Of a stretch of DNA of 64,000 nucleotides, positions 53,601-64,000 are shown piece after piece. A model generated the notes under the pieces. The model saw only the letters and a program-made list of their open reading frames with translations. It did no database searches and was not told where the DNA came from. Both the position numbers and the translations under genes were made by a program. The DNA is from Octopus bimaculoides (Eukaryota). The stretch lies in assembly GCF_001194135.2 (NCBI RefSeq), contig NC_068986.1, positions 59,987,487 to 60,051,486 on the forward strand, given 5' to 3'. Position 1 is the stretch's first letter, and each line of letters starts with the position of its first letter.

Positions 53601-56600
53601 TATATGGATAATAACAACAAATGGAGCAAAACGCATGTCAATGAAAGTTCCTTTAATTCCTACATATATGTTTCGAAGCCCCTTTAGTAACCATCCAAGA
53701 CACATAACCAGTAATTTAGTTAGGAATATTTCAATTAGGCTTTCTAAACTTTCTTCTAACTCCCAAATCTTTAATAAGGAGGCTGACTTCTACAATTCAG
53801 CCTTATCAAGGGCCGGCTATAGGGAAAAGGTAGTGTACATTAACTCTTCTAGTGATCCTTCCCCACCTACACAGCATGATACCCCCTTTACTAGCGTAGT
53901 AGAACCCAGGCCCATTCCTTCCCATCCTTCTCACTTTACTGAAAAAGTGGGTCACCCTCTTAACGCGCATAGGAGAAGGGCCCCTACTGGCCCCAAATGC
54001 TTTAATAAATTCAAAAACCCTTGCATGTTTAACCACTCTGATACTACACCTAGATCTGTTGATAGCAATAAGAATATCTGGCTCATCCTCCCATTTGGAA
54101 AGCAAGTCAAATCAGATTTGGTCCGACAGTTCCGAGACGCGGTGAATAGGAATTTCCCTAAAGGCTCCCACTATTACCCAATTATCAACTCGCATAAGGT
54201 TAGATTTGGATTCTCGAACACCAAAAATTTGTTACAGATAATATCTTCACACAATCTCAGATTTTTAGATTCATCTATAGACGACCATCCCAATCATAAC
54301 CATAATATTAGGAATGTTCAAACCGGTAGCAGTAATAATTACTCCAACAATTTAACCCACACAAATGACGACATTAATCAGTTAAATGCTGATATAGGTA
54401 GTATGCCCAATATAGTGAATCACATAAATATCTGTAACAATAATAGGATTAGCATCTCGGAATTAAATCCTAATAGAATCAGGTTTTTGGGTGAGAATTC
54501 AAGGACCAAAAATGTAGTGTATCAATGTAAGGTAACTTCCAACACTGATGTCGCACAGATATCCAAGAGAATCTCGAATCATTATTCGTTGTTTAGAGAT
54601 AGAAATAAAGCTAGTACCACTGGCCTAATTAAATTTATTTGGGAACTGAAGGATTGCAATAAGCAATTCTCTTTGGAATGGTCTATACTGGCCACCTCAG
54701 TGCCCTATGATAAGGGGAGGGAATTCTGCCCTCTTTGTAACTTAGAACTTTTTTATATCCTGTTCTCCAAGAATCGCCTAGTTAACCAAATCACTCAGAG
54801 GGTGTACTGCTGCCAGCACTTCAAGAAACATACCTTCCTTTATTACAGCTAGCTCCATCATTCCCACTAGGTTAGGTTCCAAGCAGTATATATAATTTTT
54901 TTTTTATTATTATAGTTATTATTTTTTTTTTTTAACCAATATCCTATGAATAATTTCCACTTCTTCTTCCTCCACAACTTGCTTTTCCCCTTCTTCTTCC
55001 TCCACGACTTGCCTTTTCCCCTTCTATAGTTGATTATTTTTTTCCTTCCCAGTAATTACAGCTAAGGCTACCTTGCATCACCAACTGCTTAGCCATAGAT
55101 CTGACCTTCTCCTTATGAGCATGTGTTTTGTCATTATTATTATTATTTCTCAGCTAACACCCTATACTTCGGTTTTACACTGATTAACGCTAACATAAGG
55201 ATACTGATATATAACAGGGTAATGATATTTCTTTTATCATGTTTATGCTCTCCGCTTTAAATCAGTGTGGTATTAATCGTATTATTTTTTATAGCCTTAA
55301 ACAAAACACATGTGTGTGTTTTTGGGTACATACATGCATACGTGTGTTTGTGAGNNNNNNNNNNNNNNNNNNNNNNNNNNNNNNNNNNNNNNNNNNNNNN
55401 NNNNNNNNNNNNNNNNNNNNNNNNNNNNNNNNNNNNNNNNNNNNNNNNNNNNNNNNNNNNNNNNNNNNNNNNNNNNNNNNNNNNNNNNNNNNNNNNNNNN
55501 NNNNNNNNNNNNNNNNNNNNNNNNNNNNNNNNNNNNNNNNNNNNNNNNNNNNNNNNNNNNNNNNNNNNNNNNNNNNNNNNNNNNNNNNNNNNNNNNNNNN
55601 NNNNNNNNNNNNNNNNNNNNNNNNNNNNNNNNNNNNNNNNNNNNNNNNNNNNNNNNNNNNNNNNNNNNNNNNNNNNNNNNNNNNNNNNNNNNNNNNNNNN
55701 NNNNNNNNNNNNNNNNNNNNNNNNNNNNNNNNNNNNNNNNNNNNNNNNNNNNNNNNNNNNNNNNNNNNNNNNNNNNNNNNNNNNNNNNNNNNNNNNNNNN
55801 NNNNNNNNNNNNNNNNNNNNNNNNNNNNNNNNNNNNNNNNNNNNNNNNNNNNNNNNNNNNNNNNNNNNNNNNNNNNNNNNNNNNNNNNNNNNNNNNNNNN
55901 NNNNNNNNNNNNNNNNNNNNNNNNNNNNNNNNNNNNNNNNNNNNNNNNNNNNNNNNNNNNNNNNNGGTGTACATGCATATATACATGCATGTGTGTGTGC
56001 GTGTATACGTATGTATGAGTGTGCGGGTGTGGATACTTGCATGTTTGTACATATACAGGAAAGTAGGTATAGATACAGGCACGTATGTATAGGTGAGCGT
56101 GTGTGTACATATGTGCATGTGGAGGTTTCTCTGTGTGTGTGTGTGTGTGTGTGTGTGTTTGTGTGTGTGTGTATGGGTGTATGTGGGTATGTACACATGG
56201 GTATGCGCATATGTATGTGTGTATGTACGTACACGCACGTGTTTGTAAATAGGTGTCTGCACACTAGCAGACACATATGTAAACACTCACTTTAATTATC
56301 TCCCCTCACCCACCCGAATAACTCTTTGACCACAACCTTTAGCTTCACATCAATAACACCCTCCCTTTATATTTCTATGTAAACTAGCGTTCTTATGCCC
56401 AAAGCCCGTGGAATAATATCGGTGACCCCGTCATAACTCTATGTAAACAAACCTTCTAATGGTCACTGACCATGTAACATCTCAGCTCGTAAGTTACCCC
56501 ATCATTTCGTTTTTGTCTTGGTACTAAATGTTTTATTATGTTCTCCCTGATGAGAAACAAGTGATAATTCCAGCAACCCTTTCTTTTTTTGTGAAATGGC

Positions 56601-56680
56601 CCTCACTTGCTTCGAAACATATATGTAGGAATTAAAGGAACTTTCATCGGCATGCGTTTTGCTCCATTTGCTGTTATTAT

Positions 56681-56687
<7 letters not shown>
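53601..56687 (+). mobile_element. PLE-C: 5'-truncated Penelope-like element with 5' inverted pseudo-LTR end (53601-53679), open body 53680-54852, microsatellite-rich 3' region and 3' pseudo-LTR with hammerhead
   Basis: SNHPRHI...IRLSKLSS...ALSRAGY...WLILPF...HKVRFGFS...IISSHN...VVYQCKV...FIWELK...CPLCNLE...CQH. 53601-53679 is the reverse complement of 56609-56687 (3 mismatches in 79). Confidence 0.88.
56541..56631 (+). ncRNA. Putative minimal type I hammerhead ribozyme in the PLE-C pseudo-LTR
   Basis: tcc-CTGATGA(56547-53)-11-bp stem II GAAACAAGTGA/TCACTTGCTTC (1 mismatch, 38-nt loop)-GAAA(56614-17)-palindrome ACATATATGT-GTA (cleavage after 56627)-gga. Confidence 0.8.
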
Positions 56688-56715
<28 letters not shown>

Positions 56716-57971
56716 GTTAGGAAGGGCATCCAGCTGTAGAAACTCTGCCAAATCAGACTGGAGCCTGGTGTTGCCATCCGGTTTCACCGGTCCTCAGTCA
56801 AGTCGTCCAACCCATGCTAGCATGGAAGGCGGACGTTAAACGATGATGATGATGATGATGATATATATATATATATATATATATATTGTGGTCCACGTCA
56901 AAAAAATTGTTTTATAAAAAGTAATCTTTAAAAAGAAAAACTTTTTAAAATATATATATAAAAGACATTGTATATCATCTTAATAATAGAAAATTACTAA
57001 GTCCAGATGTGTGTGGTAGTAGAAATGTCCTCTTTATCAATATACATATTTACAAGCTCAATTCTCAGCTCCCTCCTATTCCTCAGTCCTACAAACCACC
57101 AAAGAGGGGTTAAGACTGGCTGTCCATGGGAATTGCTATGCTAGTGATCTAGTTCTGATAGTTGAACATATAGGAGAAAAGAAATTCCAGGCATGGAAGC
57201 TAAACCTGAAATCGAGAGGCTTCAAGGTAAACCTAGAAAAGGTGAAGGTTTTAGTAAGTGTCTACCTCTAAAGATAATTGCAGTTCATTCTCGCTCTCTC
57301 TCCTAAATGTGAGTTAGCGATGTAGCTCTTCTACAGCAAGTACCTAGTCTACTCCAACCTCTTCCTCATACCTTAATCGCCATCTAACATACAGAAGCAA
57401 CATCTGCCCTCCATGTTATTGTTGTTGACTTGAGAGCCACATAGTGACATCAATTGTGCCAGTGGCAAGAAAAAAGCACCCAGTAAACACTGTAAAGTGA
57501 TTGGCATTAGGAAGGGCATTCAACTGTAGAAAGCATGTCAAAGCAAACACTGGAGCAAATGTTGCAGTTCTCCAACCCATAAGATCTTTGTCAAGCTGTT
57601 CAAACCATGGAAGCATGGAACATGAGCGTTAAATGCAGCTGCTGATGATGACATAAGATGGGGGGGGGGCGTGCGCACGCACGCATTTGTAATTGTGATA
57701 ATGATATCAAACCAAATAGTCATATTTTGAAAAATAATTTAATATGTACACTTTAGGTCTGCATAATATACAATATAAATTGCATCTGTTACATAACATC
57801 TCCCTCAGTGAAAACATTTCAAAATATTGACTTCATTATTACAACTTGATGCAAGTACCAACTAGCCAGTCCACACACCACCTATGCAAATACTCTAGCA
57901 ACAGTTTTGAGTAGCTTGTTATATTTGACTGGAGTCTAAAATCTGGTACTGTGCACCACTTCTCAGTGTAC

Positions 57972-58014
<43 letters not shown>

Positions 58015-59031
58015 TAGCAGAGATACCCGGCATTGCTTGGGATTAAAATGGCGTAGCTTTTTATTGTCTTGTTTGTTTCAGTCATTTGACTGCGACCATG
58101 CTGGAGCACCGCCTTTAGTCAAAGAAATCAACCCCAGGATTTATTCTTTGTAAGCCTAGTACTTATTCTATCGGTGTGCTTTGCCAAATGGCTAAGTTAT
58201 GGGGACGTAAACACAGCAACATCAGTTGTCAAGCAATGGTGGGATACAAACACAGACACACACACACACAAACACACAATATAGATAGATATAGATATAT
58301 GCATAAATGTATGTGTATATATGTATATATATATGTATATATATTTATATGTATATATGTAATGGATAATAAAATGAATGGTTTACACCTGGTAGCTTAC
58401 TGGTAAAGCATGGTCACTTTCACACTGATAGTTATGTAAATGGCAAATGAAAGACAGAAGATGGAAAATACAAGAATTTATTATTAATCACGACAATTGT
58501 TTTGACATATCTAGCATTAATTCTTCATGTTCAGGAACATCTGGCAGTGCAGATGTATCTCATTGGGTGATAAATAAATGTAACTCTTTAAAATAACTGT
58601 TCTGCAATGTAACTTCCCATTTTGTAGAAAGACAAGCAGCCATACAGAGGAAATATCTTCGTTTATAAAGATAAATAAAAATAAAATCACAGATAGCAAA
58701 AAGAGAAATGAACACGCAATCCAGCAAGAAAAGTTGTTGAGTGTCCCACCATGAGGAATTGATGTTAGATGTGTCAAAACAATTGTCGTGATTAATAATA
58801 TATTCTCATCTTTCATTGCCATATATGTGTGTATATATATATATCTATATCTATATATATATATATATATATANNNNNNNNNNNNNNNNNNNNNNNNNNN
58901 NNNNNNNNNNNNNNNNNNNNNNNNNNNNNNNNNNNNNNNNNNNNNNNNNNNNNNNNNNNNNNNNNNNNNNNNNTGGTGCTTTATTCATCATCCACTTATA
59001 CATTTTGTATAATTTCTCCATTATATATATA

Positions 59032-59970
59032 GGCTCACAAGGAATGAAGCCAGTATGCTCCGCTGGATGTGTAATGTCAGTGTGCATACTAGACAGAGTG
59101 TAAGTACCTTGAGAGAAAAGTTGAACCTAAGAAGCATCAGTTGTGGTGTGCAAGAGAGATGATTGCGCTGGTATGGTCATGTGGCGAGAATGGATGAGGA
59201 TAGCTGTGTGAAAAAGTGCCACACCCTAGCAGTTGAGGGAACCTGTAGAAGAGGTAGGCTCAGGAAGACCTGGGATGAGGTGGTGAGGCATGACCTTCGA
59301 ATATTGGGCCGCACCAAGGTGATGACTTCTGACCGAGACCTTTGGAAATATGCTGTGCATGAGAAGACCCAGCAAGCCAAGTAAGACCTAAATCCAAGGC
59401 CTCTGCCAGGGGTGTAGCCAGCCTACTTATGCATACCTTTCCTTCATTGGACACTAAACACTGCTTGCGAAGACCTGTTGAGGCAAGTGAAATCGAAATC
59501 GAACTAAATTCGACAACTGGTACCCATGCCAACGTCATCTCCTTCATTGGACACGAAACTCAGCTTGCGAAGACCTGTTAGGGCAAGTGAAAGCAAAAGT
59601 GAAATCGTAATGGCACCTGTGCCCAGCATCGCCTTCCTGGCACTTGTGCCGGTGGCATGTGTAAAGACATTCAAGCGAGACCATTGCCAGTGCCGCTGGA
59701 CTGGCACCTGTGCAGGTGGCACGTAAAATACACCATTTTGAGCATGGCCGTTTCCAGTACCGCCTGACTGGCCTTCATGCCAGTGGCACGTAAAAGCACC
59801 CACTACACTCTCGGAGTGGTTGGCATTTGGAAGGGCATCCAGCTGTAGAAACTCTGCCAAATCAGATTGGAGCCTGGTCTAGCCATCTGGTTCACCAGTC
59901 CGCAGTCAAATCGTCCAACCCATGCTAGCATGGAAAGCTGACGTTAAACGAAGATGATGATGATGATGAT
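59032..59970 (+). mobile_element. 5'-truncated RTE LINE, same family as 11183-13189
   Basis: WYGHVARMDEDSCVKKCHTLAVEG, same repetitive 3' UTR and (GAT)n tail. Confidence 0.9.
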
Positions 59971-60187
59971 ATATAGGTTATGAGAGGTAATGGTGTCAAG
60001 AAGACCCAAATGTGTCAGGTAATGCTGAGTAAGTGCTATGGACAGACTATAGTTAAGCTCCAGGTTCGATGATTATGTGAACGATGAGTCCAGCGTAGGT
60101 CATATATTAGCATGCGTATATATAAAAAATTAACAGAATGAGATAAAAAATCTTTCATAGCCTTGGATTTTTTTTTATCTCATTCTG

Positions 60188-60218
<31 letters not shown>

Positions 60219-61507
60219 CTAGAATGAAAAATGCAAGCAAGGGATAACAATATTCTTAAATATTAAATAAACCTGAAAAAGTACAGGACAAGAAACCTAA
60301 GATGAAAGAAGAGAGCTTAAAATATTATCGCTAAAATAAAATTTGAATGTGTTGCCAGTTAAATGAAATATGCAAATAAGCCAAGCCATTCAATATTGAT
60401 AAACCATCTTTCACCTGAATTATTTTACTGTTGCTAAGCTTGACTGTAAATAAATTTTAAATTATTTTAATATATATGAAAATAAAATGATAACTGCCAT
60501 AATATTTTGTAACATGAGTAGTTAAAATTCTTTTATTTACTAAAATTATTTACAAAAGTAAAGCAAGTAGGTAAATAGATTAAATGTTTGACTATAGTAA
60601 AATTTAAGCCTATTTAGATAATCCAATTTGTTCTTTGTTTTATTTTTGGCAAAATTATTTTAATTTTTAGTTTGTTAACTGTTTGTCAATTCATTTTCCT
60701 TTTAAGTAAATCTAAGTCTCCCTCAAATAAATGCAGATGTCATAGAGTTAGTCATAATGAAAGAAAATAAAGATCATCTTTTTAGCATTGTATTAATAAC
60801 AAATAAACAAAATGAATCTCTATTTCAAAAATCTTAAAACAAGTTTTGTTTGATACATAGGAATTTATGATGAAGCATCATTAGATTACTTATATCAAAT
60901 TTTATATTCAGCTACAGTATCTTAAGCTTTTTTTTTTATTCCTGGCTTACTTCTTGTCCAGGTTTATCAAATACTTAAGTGCATGGTTATCGCCCGTCAA
61001 CAATATAATGATAAGTGCTTTTACTCACTACAAGTTTTTATGAGAGATCCTCTGAAGGTAACAGATGCAGTATTTTGTGTTCTAATACATTCTTTGTGTT
61101 AAGTTGGAAATCAAAATTATTTTTTAAAATCAATACTGCTTCTGTTACTATTATTTTTCTATAAGCCCACTTACTATTTGTGACACCAGTGCCTGAATGG
61201 ACACTGATATTTTATTTGTCGTTGAGAGATTTTACTTTTATGCCACTGCTGTAGCAGGCAATTCACATCTGTCAATGATATAATGATGAGTGCTTTGGTA
61301 TAATAAACTTGTGAAAAGAACAAATTTTCCTCTCAAGGTCATCAAGGATTCTTTGAGCAATTTTTGTTTTGATTTTCACAACTAGGCTTTTGTGTTTCAT
61401 AAACTGATAACACCATGATACACGGACCAATAAAATCTTCTAAATTATTATCATATGCAATGCTCTTTGCTTCAAATATTATTTTTACAGAAACAGAGAA
61501 TTCTTAT

Positions 61508-61715
61508 GGCGGCAAGCTGGCAGAAATATTAGCATGCCAGGCAAAAGGCTTAGTGGCATTTCATCTGCTTTTATTTTCTGAGTTCAAATTCTCCTGAAGT
61601 CAAGTTTGCCTATCATCCTTTCAGGGTCAATAAATTAAGTACCAGTTGCATACTGGGATCAATCTAATCGACTGCCCCCCCCCCAAAAAAAAAATTCCAG
61701 GCTTTTTGCCTAGAG
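61508..61715 (+). mobile_element. tRNA-derived SINE family C (fragments also near 22880-22990, 25820-25960, 26050-26230, 32660-32800, 35300-35420, 46330-46480)
   Basis: GGCGGCAAGCTGGCAGAAA...TTCTGAGTTCAAATTC (B-box-like)...CATCCTTTCAGGGTCAATAAATTAAGTACCAG, recurring in either orientation. Confidence 0.7.
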
Positions 61716-62484
61716 TAAAAAAGAAACAGATAGTCCTTGCTTTCCTTAGTCTATAACCCATTCGTATGTTTTATTTTTGAGATATTGGCATTTTGCTTTC
61801 TTCCCCACTAGAAATCACATTTACCACTTTTCATCATTTTTATTTTCTTTTTCTTGACAACAACAAATAATTTTTTTGTTGTTGTTACAGGACCAAAATG
61901 TCTCTTGGCAGCTCTATTTCCATGTTTTGTTTCTTATTTTTTTGTTCTTTTTTTTTTGCATAATTAATCATACTTAATTTGAATTTAGCTGTGTATAACA
62001 GTCCCTTTCCTTTAGACATCATGAGTTAGGTGGAAAAATAGAATGAAAAATGAGGAAACAAATTGTCTTGTTCCCTATGCCTAAGATATGGTGTTTCAGC
62101 TTTTAGTTACACATCCAACTTGATGGTAAAGACATGCCAGACTGCTGAATAGTCAATAAGAACTGATTAGGCAATTGCCAACACTAATTGCATTAAGCAC
62201 TTTGATTAGTCGGTGATACTGCACATTTAAAATCCAAAGCAAGTGCTCAAAAATATTTTTTTATCTATTAAAAATACCAGGTCTAAAATTCTTCAATAAC
62301 AAAAACAGCCTTATCCTTGTCTGCATAAAATGAAGTCACCATGTAGTTTTCAAGCTCTTTTATCCTCATCCATTATTATAATTTTATTTTTTAAGTACCA
62401 TTATAAGTTAGGTTTTTAGAAGAAAATACTATCGTTGTAAATAACATTCAAGTGAACTATACTATGCATACTTATTTAAATATA

Positions 62485-63660
62485 CAGGGTGATCAACCCA
62501 AGTATAGACATTTATTTTACTTAAATTTAATTAACATTTCTTTTCTTATTTCAGAAATGTAATACTCTTAACGTTTAAGGTAGTATTGAAGCTAAGTTAT
62601 ACTTAAAATTTAATGTATTTGAAGCTAGTATGAGTGGAATAAGTAAAGTAATTGAAGGGTTGTACAAGGAAGGGAAAACGCCAAGTGAGATTTTCAAGAT
62701 TTTGAAACCCACTGTCAGGAGATTAAGAGTTTATAAAGTAATCAAACAAATAAAAGAGACTGGTTCTTGCTTACCAAGAGTGAGAACTACTCCACCTTGA
62801 CTAGTGAGAACTCAAAAACTCATCAAAAACACCAAAGAAAAGATCAAGCATAACCCAAAAAGAAGCATCAGAGAACTCACTTCAGAAGCTGGTACAAGCT
62901 ATGGAACTATGCATAATTTGTTGAAAAATGATCTTCAATTATTCTCATACAAGATATCGAAAACACATCTTTTGTCTGAAGCCACAAAGAAAAAAAAGAC
63001 TGCAAAGAGCAAAGCTTCTTCTGCAAAAGCTGAGAGATGGCATGCAGCCACCAATACTGTACACAGTGTGCAAGCATGCCACAATCCACAAAATGATCCA
63101 CAATATGCAGTAAATAAAGAGGACATCCCTTTCAAACAAACATTATCTTTTTGGTGGCAGAAACCTGCATCCATAAGGGTGTAGATGGATGTGACCTCAA
63201 GTGGCATGACAACCCTTCTAATCTTCACTGAAGAGGGTGTAAAAATCAACGAACATGTTTATTTGGATATGTAAAAGGATAAAGTAGTCCCTTGGGTTAT
63301 TGCAACAATGGGGGATGAAAGTGTAACTCTCCAGCAAGATGGCGCAACATCTCATATGGCTAAAAAAAAGTCCAAAAATGGTATTGAGAGAATTTCAAGG
63401 TGTTCTGGTCAAAAGAGATCTGGCCCCCACACTTCATCCAACCTGAATCTGATGGACTTTGGCATATAGTTTATCCTTGAGAGCAAAGCCTGTGCTAATT
63501 CTCACACATGTCTCAAAGCTCTTGAGCACCATTTGTGAAAATGCTGAGATGAAATCTCCGAAGGAACTGTTCGTGCAACTTGCACCCATCATCTTAATTT
63601 ACATTTTCTGGCCTTTATTTGAGCATATTTGAATTTGAATTTGACATATCATTTTGTATT
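62485..63660 (+). mobile_element. Tc1/mariner (maT-like) transposon, defective; right end replaced by an RTE element
   Basis: TA|CAGGGTG start, ATG at 62630. HTH region NPKRSIRELT..GTSYGTMHNLLKNDL, HNPQND, QQDGATSH, EIWPP, NLNLMDF. The first catalytic Asp motif is deleted. Confidence 0.85.
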
Positions 63661-63661
63661 G

Positions 63662-64000
63662 AGGTGTTTTACCCCCATCCCAGGGTCACACGGGCCCACT
63701 CCTCTGACACCCACTCCTCCCACACTGTCAGGATTGGCACTCTCAACGTCGGCACGCTGAAAGGTAGGTCTGGTGAGATTGTTGAGATGCTTGAACGGCG
63801 ACGCGTAGATCTGTGCTGCATCCAAGAAGTAAGATGGAGAGGAGGTTCTGCGAGGTTCCTCACAGGCAAAGAACACAGGTACAAGTTTTTCTGGGCAGGG
63901 AACACTGACGGAGTCGGGGGCGTAGGAATACTTCTAGCAGAGAAATGGGTTGATAAGGTAATCGAGGTAGTTAGAGTATGTGACAGAGTACTTAAGATTA
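63662..64000 (+). mobile_element. 5' part of a young RTE LINE (AP endonuclease), running off the window
   Basis: Open frame absent from the ORF track: VRIGTLNVGTLKGRSGEIVEMLERRRVDLCCIQEVRWRGGSARFLTGKEHRYKFFWAGNTDGVGGVGILLAEKWVDKVIEVVRVCDRVLKI. CpGs are retained. Confidence 0.9.

Noticed and set aside
53452-53679. N-terminus of the 466-aa ORF as genuine PLE protein
   Set aside because: Derived from flank and the antisense pseudo-LTR; no RT motifs.
60084-60110. GATGAGTCCAGCGTAGGTC resembling a hammerhead stem II
   Set aside because: No CTGA prefix or GAAA, and the homologous copy at ~13.47 kb also lacks them.

Overview
AT-rich, microsatellite-dense metazoan genomic DNA from a gapped draft assembly (10 N-runs). 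The repeat families (RTE LINEs with (GAT)n tails, several tRNA-derived SINEs) look like octopus/coleoid cephalopod; this is recognition, not a database result. Only two host exons could be supported, both on the minus strand (23733-23085 and 21223-21056). They are phase-compatible and resemble the N-terminal part of a PLEKHG4/ARHGEF40 (puratrophin-like) RhoGEF. The rest is intronic or intergenic and filled with decayed transposons: RTE LINEs, two maT-like Tc1/mariner remnants, one internally deleted Gypsy element with both LTRs and a 5-bp TSD, many SINEs, and at least four Penelope-like elements (PLEs). The most notable signal, which the ORF track does not show, is a recurring combination of PLE-associated fold-back inverted repeats and minimal type I hammerhead ribozyme motifs, most with a palindromic stem III. 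Two motifs look essentially intact (52737-52776 and 56547-56630) and several are decayed. All minus-strand copies, i.e. those in the host gene's sense, are crippled. PLE-hammerhead association is established biology; these particular variants, their density and their strand bias are what merit testing.
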